A program made the position numbers and the translations under genes. From Burkholderiales bacterium (GTDB lineage: Bacteria; Pseudomonadota; Gammaproteobacteria; Burkholderiales; JACQAP01), in the NCBI GenBank assembly GCA_045810225.1, contig JBJMWI010000087.1, forward strand, positions 7,283 to 71,282: 64,000 nucleotides of DNA, written 5' to 3'. The stretch's first letter is position 1, and each line of letters opens with the position of its first letter. Of the stretch, positions 7,821 to 16,244 are shown piece by piece. Under the pieces are notes generated by a model. The model made no database searches. It saw only the letters and a list, made by a program, of their open reading frames with translations, and had not been told where the DNA came from.

Positions 7821-9785
7821 ATGAAACAGCAGCAGCTCACCACCGACGTGGCGGCCATCCGCCGCGCCTATGGACAATTCCTCAGCAAGGGACGCGTACC
7901 GCATGGAGCGGTCCCTGATTTCATCGAAAGATCCTGGAAGCGAAGCGCCGCCTTTGGCGTCGCCCATGATCGTATCCGCGAAATCGGGCGCGTCGACGAA
8001 ACGGATCTGCGCATTGTCGTCAGCCAATATGGCAGCCTCATCGATCTTGCCACGCCCGTCATGCAGCACCTGCACCATCAGCTGACGGGAACCGGTAGCG
8101 TCGTGCTGTTGTGTAGCGGCGAAGGTTTCATCCTGCATTCGATGGGCGACCCGGACTTCTTGCCGAAAGCCCAGCATATCGCGCTTAAACCGGGAGTCTC
8201 GTGGGCCGAGCGGGACAAGGGGACCAACGCGATCGGCACCGCCATCATCGAGCGCCGGCCGATCGTGGTTTATGCGGGACACCATTACATCCGCACCAAT
8301 CATTTTCTGGCGTGTTCGGCGACTCCAGTACTGGACCCGTTTGGACAGGTCGCCGGCGTGCTCGATATAACGTGCGATTACCGGTTTCACCAGCGCCACA
8401 CGCTTGCGCTCGTGCAGATGTCCGTGCGCGTCATCGAGCGACAGATGTTCCAGCACCGCTTCAACAAAGACGTCGTATTCAACGTGCATCCTGAACACAG
8501 CTATCTGGGCAGTCCGTTCGATGTGCAGGTGGCGTTCTCGGCCGATGGGGAATTTCTTGCAGCTACCCCGGCCACCTGCAGTCAGCTGGACTTGCAGCCG
8601 GGAGGCTTTCATGGGCGGTTCGAAGAATTGTTCGATGCATCCTTTGAGAAGGTGCTCGACAAGCTTCAATGCACTTCCATATCAACGATACAGCTGCGTT
8701 TGAAAAGCCTTGGCATGCCCGTGTACCTGCAGCTTGCACACGGCGCTTTGCCAAGGCAAAGCATTCCGGGCGCTCTGCTGGAGCCTGCGAACGACAAACG
8801 AAAACCGGATACAGAATCTGCGCGCACGGCACCCACGCTTGAATCTCTCGACGTTTCCGACCCCGCGCTTTTAGCCACGATTGAAAAGGCCAGGCGTACT
8901 TTGGGCCGCGATATACCAATTCTGATCGAAGGCGAGACTGGAACCGGGAAGGAATGGCTTGCCCGCGCTATTCACAACAGCGGCCCGCGTGCGGGGAAGG
9001 AATTTGTTTCAATCAATTGCGCAGCGATTCCGGAAGCCTTGATGACTTCTGAATTGTTCGGTTTCGAGGACGGCCAGATTACCGGCACGAACCGCAAAGC
9101 AACCCCGGGCAAGATCGAGCGCGCGCACGGGGGCACGCTGTTTCTCGACGAAATCGGCGAAATGCCGATGGCGCTGCAGGCTCGACTGCTTGGGGTCCTG
9201 CAAGATCGCTCAGTGACCCCTCTGGGCGGTGTGCCGGTGCACGTCGACATCGCGTTAGTGTGCGCGACACATCATCGGCTGGCTGATCTGGTTAAGGCGG
9301 GCGAATTCCGCGAAGATCTTTACTACCGGCTGAACGGGCTGACGCTGCAGTTGCCACCGCTGCGCAATCGCAAGGACATTATTGAGCTGGCGAAGGCACT
9401 GGACGAAACCGAATGCGGCGGTTCATCGCAAATCAGTCTATCCGAAGAGGTGCTGCAGATATTCGTGCATCACCCGTGGCCCGGAAACGTCAGGCAGCTG
9501 CATTCGGTGATCCGTACCGCCATCGCGATGGCCGGCGACGGGGAGAGCGTTACGCGTCACCATCTCCCTGAAGATTTCCTCGCGCAGATGGAGCAGGGAA
9601 CCGGGCCTTCCGCAGCCTACGTGAATTCGCCGGAAAGCCTTGAGAAAATCGAATTGCATGCAATCCAGGATACGATTCGCCACAACCACGGCAACATATC
9701 GGCCGCGGCACGCCAACTCGGCGTAAGCCGGACCACGCTTTATCGCAAGCTCAGGCAAGGCGGCTTCCCGACCGTCGCGCTATAG
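7821..9785 (+). CDS. sigma-54-dependent transcriptional activator, AcoR-like (GAF + AAA+ + Fis HTH)
   Basis: The internal ATG at 7821 is preceded by GGGAGGAGG. It has Walker A 'GETGTGKE', 'GAFTGA'-equivalent 'ITGTNRK', 'ESELFGFE' and a C-terminal HTH 'AARQLGVSRTTLYRKL'. The N-terminal ~300 aa are GAF-like. Confidence 0.85.
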   Translation: MKQQQLTTDVAAIRRAYGQFLSKGRVPHGAVPDFIERSWKRSAAFGVAHDRIREIGRVDETDLRIVVSQYGSLIDLATPVMQHLHHQLTGTGSVVLLCSGEGFILHSMGDPDFLPKAQHIALKPGVSWAERDKGTNAIGTAIIERRPIVVYAGHHYIRTNHFLACSATPVLDPFGQVAGVLDITCDYRFHQRHTLALVQMSVRVIERQMFQHRFNKDVVFNVHPEHSYLGSPFDVQVAFSADGEFLAATPATCSQLDLQPGGFHGRFEELFDASFEKVLDKLQCTSISTIQLRLKSLGMPVYLQLAHGALPRQSIPGALLEPANDKRKPDTESARTAPTLESLDVSDPALLATIEKARRTLGRDIPILIEGETGTGKEWLARAIHNSGPRAGKEFVSINCAAIPEALMTSELFGFEDGQITGTNRKATPGKIERAHGGTLFLDEIGEMPMALQARLLGVLQDRSVTPLGGVPVHVDIALVCATHHRLADLVKAGEFREDLYYRLNGLTLQLPPLRNRKDIIELAKALDETECGGSSQISLSEEVLQIFVHHPWPGNVRQLHSVIRTAIAMAGDGESVTRHHLPEDFLAQMEQGTGPSAAYVNSPESLEKIELHAIQDTIRHNHGNISAAARQLGVSRTTLYRKLRQGGFPTVAL

Positions 9786-9865
9786 CATATTCACCGCGAG
9801 CGAACCGCTGTTTGACCAGGTTCGAAAAATTTCCTGTTTGCAGCTTGGCCCGTCCATCCTGAGCG

Positions 9866-9882
9866 TGGCTCATCTGATGCAT
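9866..9882 (+). promoter_or_regulatory. candidate sigma-54 promoter (distal) upstream of xoxF
   Basis: TGGCTCATCTGATGCAT has GG-N10-GC spacing. The -24 element TGGCTC and -12 element ATGCAT compare with the consensus TGGCAC-N5-TTGCW. It lies ~240 nt upstream of the xoxF ATG. Confidence 0.25.
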
Positions 9883-10061
9883 CCTGAAACACTTGTCCAA
9901 TACTGCAACACCAAACATGGGTGGCATTGCGCATCGGATGGTTTTCATTCAGGAAATCATTGACCCTGCAAATGCACTGTGCTTGTATAGCTGAACACGT
10001 TCGGTGTGATTTGCTCGCAGAATGCGTGCCTGAAAGTGTATGCCGTTACGGCGAAGCGATT

Positions 10062-10077
10062 TGGCGACCGTGCGGCA
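10062..10077 (+). promoter_or_regulatory. candidate sigma-54 promoter (proximal) upstream of xoxF
   Basis: TGGCGACCGTGCGGCA has GG-N10-GC spacing but a weaker -12 element. It lies ~47 nt upstream of the xoxF ATG. Confidence 0.25.
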
Positions 10078-10123
10078 ATGGGAAGTTCTCGCTGCACTTC
10101 AAACACTATAAGTAGGAGGAGAG

Positions 10124-11932
10124 ATGAGAAGGAAATTGTCTTACCTGGCAGTGCCGTTGGCGCTGGTCGCTGCAACAGGAATCGCGCAGGCCAACTCCGA
10201 CGTTGAAAAGAATATTGCAAATCCGTCCAACTGGGCCATGCAAGCTGGCGACATGTACAACCAGCGCTACAGCAAGCTCAATCAAATCAATACCGGCAAT
10301 GTAGGCAAGCTGCAAGTGGCGTGGACGTTTTCCACCGGCGTGCTGCGAGGCCATGAAGGTTCCCCGCTGGTGATTGGGGACATGATGTATATCCATAGCG
10401 CGTTCCCCAACAAGGTATTCGCGATGGACCTGAACACGCAGACCATCAAATGGAAATACGAGCCAAAGCAGGATCCGGCCGTCATTCCGCAAATGTGCTG
10501 CGATACGGTCAATCGCGGCGTTGCTTACGCCGAAGGCAAAGTCTTTCTGCAGCAGGCGGACAGCGTGTTGGTGGCGCTTGACGCAAAGACCGGCAAAGTG
10601 GCCTGGTCTGTGAAGAATGGCGATCCGTCCCTGGGCGCGGTGAATACCAATGCGCCGCATGTGTTCAAGGACAAAGTCATCACGGGCATCTCTGGCGGTG
10701 AGTGGGGCGTTCGCGGCTTTCTGGCTGCTTACAACATCAGCGATGGTTCGCTTGCATGGAAGGGTTACAGCACCGGTCCGGACGACGAAATGCTGATCGA
10801 TCCGAAAACCACGACGACCTGGAAGGACGGCAAGGTCCAGCCGGTCGGCGAAGATTCTTCCTTGAGCACGTGGCAGGAAGACCAGTGGAAAATCGGCGGC
10901 GGGACCACATGGGGCTGGTACAGCTATGACAAAGCGTTGAACCTGGTTTACTACGGCACGGGCAATCCGAGTACATGGAACCCGGCGCAGCGTCCCGGAG
11001 ACAACAAATGGTCGATGTCGATCTGGGCGCGCGATGTGGACACTGGCAAGGTCAAGTGGGTTTATCAGATGACGCCGTACGATGAGTGGGATTTCGACGG
11101 CATCAACGAAATGATCCTCGCTGACATTCCCGTCAAGGGCAAGCAGACCAAGGCGCTGGTGCATTTTGACCGCAACGGGTTCGGCTACACCCTCGATCGC
11201 ACCAACGGCGCGTTGCTGGTTGCGCAGAAATATGATCCGGCAGTGAATTGGGCAACACACGTTGACATGAAATCGGGGCGCCCACAGGTGGTTTCCAAGT
11301 ATTCGACGGCGCAGAACGGGCCGGACAAGAATACCAAGGGCGTATGCCCGGCGGCTCTCGGTTCCAAAGATCAGCAGCCTGCATCGTTCGATCCAAGCAC
11401 GGGCTTGTTCTATGTGCCGACCAACCACGTCTGCATGGATTACGAACCGTTTGCCGTTGAATATGTAGCGGGCCAACCCTATGTCGGTGCAACTTTGGCG
11501 ATGTACCCCGCGCCAGGCGGCAAGCACATGGGTAATTTCATCACCTGGGACGCCGGACAGGGCAAGATCGTGCAAAGCCATCCCGAAAAATTCTCGGTCT
11601 GGAGCGGTGCATTGACAACCGCTGGCGGCCTCGCCTGCTATGGCACCCTGGAAGGTTACCTGAAGTGTGTGGATGCGAAGGACATCAACAAGGAACTGTA
11701 TAAGTTCAAGACGCCCTCCGGCATCATCGGGAACGTCTTCACCTATCAGCACAAGGGCAAGCAGTACATCGGCGTTTATTCTGGCATTGGCGGGTGGGCC
11801 GGGATCGGTCTGGCTGCCGGACTGGAAAAGGATGCCGACGGCCTGGGCGCAGTAGGTGGCTACAAGGAGTTGGCAAACTATACCGATCTCGGTGGTTCGC
11901 TAACGGTGTTTGCGCTGCCTTCGACGAAATAA
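10124..11932 (+). CDS. xoxF: PQQ-dependent methanol/ethanol dehydrogenase, lanthanide-type XoxF (XoxF5-like)
   Basis: AGGAGGAGAG Shine-Dalgarno sequence and a signal peptide ending 'AQA'. It has the vicinal Cys pair '[11 protein letters not shown]'. '[10 protein letters not shown]' carries the extra Asp (DFDG rather than DYAG of MxaF) that marks lanthanide enzymes. It is near-colinear with XoxF sequences as I recall them. Confidence 0.93.
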   Translation: MRRKLSYLAVPLALVAATGIAQANSDVEKNIANPSNWAMQAGDMYNQRYSKLNQINTGNVGKLQVAWTFSTGVLRGHEGSPLVIGDMMYIHSAFPNKVFAMDLNTQTIKWKYEPKQDPAVIPQMCCDTVNRGVAYAEGKVFLQQADSVLVALDAKTGKVAWSVKNGDPSLGAVNTNAPHVFKDKVITGISGGEWGVRGFLAAYNISDGSLAWKGYSTGPDDEMLIDPKTTTTWKDGKVQPVGEDSSLSTWQEDQWKIGGGTTWGWYSYDKALNLVYYGTGNPSTWNPAQRPGDNKWSMSIWARDVDTGKVKWVYQMTPYDEWDFDGINEMILADIPVKGKQTKALVHFDRNGFGYTLDRTNGALLVAQKYDPAVNWATHVDMKSGRPQVVSKYSTAQNGPDKNTKGVCPAALGSKDQQPASFDPSTGLFYVPTNHVCMDYEPFAVEYVAGQPYVGATLAMYPAPGGKHMGNFITWDAGQGKIVQSHPEKFSVWSGALTTAGGLACYGTLEGYLKCVDAKDINKELYKFKTPSGIIGNVFTYQHKGKQYIGVYSGIGGWAGIGLAAGLEKDADGLGAVGGYKELANYTDLGGSLTVFALPSTK

Positions 11933-11961
11933 ACCGAAGCAGCACATCGTGCGTTAATTGG

Positions 11962-12001
11962 AGGCGTCCCGGCCGTCGCGCTGGGGCGCCTTCTTATTCT
12001 T
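11962..12001 (+). terminator. intra-operon hairpin / partial terminator between xoxF and xoxG
   Basis: AGGCGTCCC-N12-GGGGCGCCT followed by TCTTATTCTT. It sits 30 nt after the xoxF stop and 17 nt before the xoxG ATG. Confidence 0.4.
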
Positions 12002-12017
12002 GAACCGGAGCCGGAAA

Positions 12018-12404
12018 ATGAAGTGCTTGCGCTACGCGGTGACCGCGTTGATGTTGTATTTCGGCGTGAACAGCCATGCCGATGAACCGCTCTACAAGGT
12101 GCAGGATGGCTACAAGGTGGATGCGGAGACGATGAAGGGCTTTAAAGCATGGCGCGCGGCCGCGTGTGACCGTTGCCACGGCGCGAACCAGCAAGGTCTT
12201 GTTGGACCATCGCTGATCGAACGTTTGAAGACGCTGTCTAAAGAAGACTTCGTGAAGACGGTTACCGAAGGCCGGCTGGAAAAAGGCATGCCCAGCTTCA
12301 AGACCAGCAAAATGGTGATGTCCAACATCGACCAGCTCTATGCCTATCTCAAAGGACGCTCCGACGGTGCAATCACGCGCTCGAAGGTTGAACAGATTCA
12401 ATAG
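12018..12404 (+). CDS. xoxG: periplasmic c-type cytochrome, XoxG-like (single CxxCH)
   Basis: The internal ATG at 12018 gives a signal peptide 'MKCLRYAVTALMLYFGVNSHA', heme motif 'CDRCH' and a distal Met region 'GMPSF'. It lies directly downstream of xoxF. Confidence 0.8.
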   Translation: MKCLRYAVTALMLYFGVNSHADEPLYKVQDGYKVDAETMKGFKAWRAAACDRCHGANQQGLVGPSLIERLKTLSKEDFVKTVTEGRLEKGMPSFKTSKMVMSNIDQLYAYLKGRSDGAITRSKVEQIQ

Positions 12405-13254
12405 CCCGACCACCGCCGCGCTGTTGGCGATCACGCTTGCAGCGCTTGCGTTGTCAGTGGCCGCCGAGGACGAGCCGTTCCAGAAGCCGCGCGCGTTGCG
12501 CGTTTGCGACGATCCGAATAATCTCCCGTTCTCCAACGACAAGGGCGAAGGGTTCGAAAACAAGATCGCCGAAATCCTGGCGCGCAAGCTCGATTTGCCG
12601 TTGGAGGCTTTTCATTATCCTGAGCGTATCAACATCGTCAGAAATACCATTCGCTACAAGTTGCCGAATGAATCCGACTACCGCTGCGATCTGCTGACGG
12701 GCGTACCGTCGGATTGGTCTGCAGTGGCGGCGACGAAGCCGTATTTTCACTCGACTTACGTGCTGGTGTATGCCAAAGGCGGCCCTATCGATGTTGGCAG
12801 CGTTGAGCAGTTCCTGGGGCTCGACAAATCGGTGCTCAAGAAGTTGAAGATCGGCGTCTATGAACGCACGCCGGCCGTGGACTGGATGAAAAAACATGAT
12901 CTTCTGGATCAGGCCGTGCCGTACCGACTGCTGAACGCCGATCCGAGCCACTATCCCGGCAAGATCGTCGAAGACGATCTTGCCAAAGGCAAACTCGACG
13001 CCGTCATCGTGTGGGGGCCCATTGGTGGTTATTTCGCCGGGCGCAGTACCTCGCCGAAGCTTGTCGTATTGCCACTGAAACCGGAGCCGGGTATTCGTCT
13101 AAACTTCGGTGTGTCCATGGGAATGCGCCAGGGAGAAAACGCCTGGCGTGCCATGATCCAGAAAGCGCTCGACGACAGTCGTGACGACATCATGAAAATC
13201 CTCAGCGAGTACAACGTGCCCGTCGTGGACGACAAGGGTCAGGTATCGCGCTGA
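12340..13254 (+). CDS. xoxJ: MoxJ/XoxJ-like periplasmic solute-binding-fold protein
   Basis: 'LRVCDDPNNLPFSNDKGEGFENKIAEILARKL' is the type-2 periplasmic-binding fold typical of MoxJ-like proteins. The start is ambiguous: ATG 12340 overlaps xoxG, or TTG 12388 gives 'MNRFNSPTTAALLAITLAALALSVAA'. Confidence 0.75.
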   Translation: MPISKDAPTVQSRARRLNRFNSPTTAALLAITLAALALSVAAEDEPFQKPRALRVCDDPNNLPFSNDKGEGFENKIAEILARKLDLPLEAFHYPERINIVRNTIRYKLPNESDYRCDLLTGVPSDWSAVAATKPYFHSTYVLVYAKGGPIDVGSVEQFLGLDKSVLKKLKIGVYERTPAVDWMKKHDLLDQAVPYRLLNADPSHYPGKIVEDDLAKGKLDAVIVWGPIGGYFAGRSTSPKLVVLPLKPEPGIRLNFGVSMGMRQGENAWRAMIQKALDDSRDDIMKILSEYNVPVVDDKGQVSR

Positions 13255-13315
13255 AAGCGAAGACTGCCGATTCCGGATTTCATGCTATGCCTGGCGCAAT
13301 TTCCGAGGTGCCGTA

Positions 13316-13657
13316 ATGAGAATGCAACAGCTACTGGTCCTGGGGCTATTGGCTGCTGCATGGCCGGCCAACGCCAACGATTTCCCAACGGTCGAGCGCG
13401 TGGAGTTCGTGCTTGAGTGCATGCGCAACCATAAAGGCGGGGAATTCGAACTGCTGAACAAGTGTTCGTGTGCAATCGATCGCCTTGCGGAGAAATACAC
13501 ACACGATGATTTTGTCGAAGCGCAGACCATGGCCAAGGCAGTTACGATTGCGGGCGAGCGCGGGTCCACATTGCGTGACAACGAGGAAGCACAAAAAGCC
13601 GCCCGGCAATACCGCGCAGACATCAAGGACGCTGCGAATGCCTGTTTTCTGCACTAA
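13316..13657 (+). CDS. small secreted protein of unknown function (4 Cys)
   Basis: GAGGTG lies 6 nt upstream of the ATG. The signal peptide is 'MRMQQLLVLGLLAAAWPANA'. Cys residues occur in 'LECMR', 'KCSCAID' and C-terminal 'NACFLH'. The 3' end overlaps the next gene by 20 nt. I recognise no family. Confidence 0.6.
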   Translation: MRMQQLLVLGLLAAAWPANANDFPTVERVEFVLECMRNHKGGEFELLNKCSCAIDRLAEKYTHDDFVEAQTMAKAVTIAGERGSTLRDNEEAQKAARQYRADIKDAANACFLH

Positions 13658-14465
13658 AAAAAATTCAGGCTGGCGCGGCATTGTGCTTGTCCTGGCCCTG
13701 TTGGCGGGAACCGGGACGCCAGTTGCGGCAGATGACAGCGCCAGTCCTGATACGCAGATCTGGCGCAAAGTGCGTGCCGATCTGTTCGGCGAGCGGCCGA
13801 TCAGTGATGACGGCGCCACCGGGCGCATACGCTTGGAAATGCCGCCACGCGCAGCGGATGCGGCAGTCGTTCCATTGTCGGTTCGCATCACGCCGAGGGA
13901 GGGCGAAACGCGCCCAAACAAACTATACCTGGTCATTGATCGCAATCCTTCACCGATCGCCGGGATCTTCGAGTTCGGCAAGGGCAGCGGCAATACTGAA
14001 CTTGAAACACGAGTCAGGATCGAGGAATACACCTGGGTTCGCGTAATCGCTGAAGCGGAGGACGGCACGCTATTCGCGACCCAGCGATTCATCAAGGCAG
14101 CCGGGGGCTGTTCGGCCCCCGCTGGCAAGTCACTCGCCGAGCGGCTGACGGGAATGGGACAAATGAAATGGCGCATCGATCCTGCGTCCGATCCGGGTTT
14201 GCCGGCAACGGTTCAGCTCATGATCCGTCATCCGAACAATTCCGGCCTTGCGATGGACCAGCTGACCCGGCTGTATGATCCTCCTTACTACGTGCGTAGC
14301 GTACGCGTCACGCGCGGTAACGAACTCGTGCTTGCGGCCGATGTCGATTTTTCAGTCAGCGAGAATCCGACTTTTCGCTTCACTATGACGCCAGCCGTGC
14401 CTGGTACGCTGCATGCGCTCGTGATCGATTCTAACGAACAGGTGTTCGAAAGCTCGGCGCCTTAA
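13638..14465 (+). CDS. fused SoxY-SoxZ-like carrier protein (quinoprotein-dehydrogenase-associated type)
   Basis: Starts at the internal ATG 13638. The N-terminal half follows a SoxY pattern ('IRLEMPPRAADAAVVPLSV...DRNPSPIAGIFEF...') ending in 'AAGGCSAPAG', the carrier-Cys position. The C-terminal half is SoxZ-like ('QLMIRHPNNSGLAMDQ...ENPTFRF'). Confidence 0.75.
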   Translation: MPVFCTKKNSGWRGIVLVLALLAGTGTPVAADDSASPDTQIWRKVRADLFGERPISDDGATGRIRLEMPPRAADAAVVPLSVRITPREGETRPNKLYLVIDRNPSPIAGIFEFGKGSGNTELETRVRIEEYTWVRVIAEAEDGTLFATQRFIKAAGGCSAPAGKSLAERLTGMGQMKWRIDPASDPGLPATVQLMIRHPNNSGLAMDQLTRLYDPPYYVRSVRVTRGNELVLAADVDFSVSENPTFRFTMTPAVPGTLHALVIDSNEQVFESSAP

Positions 14466-15379
14466 AGCACGATCGGTTGTGAAATATCATCGCCAGGGAA
14501 TACGGCGCTTAGCAGGTTGCGCAACTGATCAGCGGTAGCGGGATGCAACGCCGCGCCAGGATGGCGCACCTTGGCCGTCTTCAGCACGCCACGCAACCGG
14601 AAAATCTCCTTTCGCACCGCCACGCCGGGTTGTTGTTCGAACACAATCAAGGGCAAGAAACGCGTGTAGAGTTCGCGCACTTTTTTCCAGTCACCGGCTC
14701 GCGCGGATTTGACCATGGCGGTCAGCACTTCGGGAAAGGCGAATCCGGTATTGAATCCGCTCGATCCGGCTTCAAGGTCGAACATTCCGTACAAAGCACC
14801 GAGTCCGGTCAGGATCGGCACTTTGCGCTCCTGCATGCCCGCCGCAAGCGCTCGGATTTTCGGTGCGGTCGGGATAGCCTCTTCCTTGATGCTGGCGATA
14901 CGAGGCACTTCACGGATGATGCGAAGCAAGAGTGCCGCGGTCATATGCACTTGGGTCGAAGCCGGATGGTCCTGCAGGACAATCGGAATCGTTAGCCCAT
15001 CGGCTATGGCTCGGTAGTACTCGACTATGCGATCTTCGTTGGGTACCGCTTCTGCATGTGGAGTGACCATGACGGCCCGGGCGCCCAGATTCTGAGCCAT
15101 CTGCGAAAGATCGCGCGCGGCACGGGTGCCACTATGGCTGGTACCGACGATGACCGGCATGGATGCTGCGGCCGATACGGCCGTGCGGATCAGCCTTTCG
15201 CGTTCGCTGTCCATCAGGCGATTGGCTTCGCCAAGTACGCCGAGGATGGTAATTCCCTCCACACCGAGCTTGGCCATGAATCGAACCAGGCGGTCGAAGG
15301 ACTCAAGATCAAGATTTTCATTGTCCGCGAAAGGCGTGGCTAAAATTGGATACACGCCTTCGAAATTCAATGTTGTCAT
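14462..15379 (-). CDS. dihydrodipicolinate synthase/N-acetylneuraminate lyase family aldolase
   Basis: The internal ATG at 15379 is preceded by GGAGA. 'GVYPILATPFADNENLDLESFDRLVRFMAKLGVEGITILGVLGEA' is the DapA-family N-terminus. Its 3' end overlaps the convergent soxYZ-like gene by 4 nt. Confidence 0.8.
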   Translation of the reverse strand: MTTLNFEGVYPILATPFADNENLDLESFDRLVRFMAKLGVEGITILGVLGEANRLMDSERERLIRTAVSAAASMPVIVGTSHSGTRAARDLSQMAQNLGARAVMVTPHAEAVPNEDRIVEYYRAIADGLTIPIVLQDHPASTQVHMTAALLLRIIREVPRIASIKEEAIPTAPKIRALAAGMQERKVPILTGLGALYGMFDLEAGSSGFNTGFAFPEVLTAMVKSARAGDWKKVRELYTRFLPLIVFEQQPGVAVRKEIFRLRGVLKTAKVRHPGAALHPATADQLRNLLSAVFPGDDISQPIVL

Positions 15380-15479
15380 GCGGATTCTCCAGAGAGCGCG
15401 CATTGTCGGCCGCCGGCTGAAGGGTGTCAAAGAGCGGGTACAATCGCGCGTCGCTTAAAGACAATATCGGAGAACAAGC

Positions 15480-16244
15480 ATGGACATGCCGGTCAATCAG
15501 CTCAAGCGTGCCTTGCGCGCGGGTCGCACGCAAACCGGTTGCTGGCTAAGCCTCGCGAGCCATGTGTCTGCCGAAATTTGTGCCTCCGCCGGTTTCGACT
15601 GGGTGCTTGTGGATACCGAGCATGCGCCTGCCGATCTGCAGAATGTTCATCACCAATTGCATGCCATTGCTGCTTACCCGGTGTCCGCGCTGGTACGCGC
15701 TTACTGGAATGACACTGTGCTGATTAAGCGTCTGCTGGACATCGGCGTGCAGTCGCTGCTACTGCCCTATGTGCAAAATGCGGAGGAGGCGAAACGCGCA
15801 GTTGCCTCCGTTCGCTACCCGCCCAAGGGCATACGCGGCGTGTCGGCAAATTCCCGCGCCAACCGCTTCGGCCGGGTCAAGGATTACTTTGCGCACGCCA
15901 ATGACGAGATCTGCCTGATGGTCCAGGTGGAAACGCGCGCGGCCGTATCAGAAATAGAAAAAATGGCAGCGATTGATGGCATAGATGGGATTTTTATCGG
16001 TCCGCAGGATCTTGCCGCGGATTTCGGGCATCTGGGAAATCCGGGGCATCCAGAAGTTCAGGCCGCGATGGCCGATGCGCTGACGCGCATCAAAAAGACG
16101 GGCAAGGTCGCGGGCATCCTCGCTTTCGCAGAACCAGACGCCAGGCGCTGGATTGAACATGGCGCTCAATTTGTCGCCGTGACGTCCGACCAATTTTTGC
16201 TGGTGCGCGAAAGCGCGGCTGTTGCCTCCCGCTTCAGAACCTAA
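15480..16244 (+). CDS. HpcH/HpaI family 2-keto-3-deoxy-acid aldolase
   Basis: 'GCWLSLASHVSAEICASAGFDWVLVDTEHAP' and 'QVETRAAVSEIEKMAAIDGIDGIFIGPQDLA' fit the HpcH/HpaI (GarL-like) class II aldolase pattern. Confidence 0.8.
   Translation: MDMPVNQLKRALRAGRTQTGCWLSLASHVSAEICASAGFDWVLVDTEHAPADLQNVHHQLHAIAAYPVSALVRAYWNDTVLIKRLLDIGVQSLLLPYVQNAEEAKRAVASVRYPPKGIRGVSANSRANRFGRVKDYFAHANDEICLMVQVETRAAVSEIEKMAAIDGIDGIFIGPQDLAADFGHLGNPGHPEVQAAMADALTRIKKTGKVAGILAFAEPDARRWIEHGAQFVAVTSDQFLLVRESAAVASRFRT

Noticed and set aside
10106-11752. 548-aa ORF on the minus strand, the longest unannotated ORF in the track
   Set aside because: It lies entirely antisense to the very confidently assigned xoxF. Its translation is Arg/His/Gly-rich low-complexity sequence with no recognisable motif. 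This is the typical stop-poor antisense frame of a GC-rich gene.
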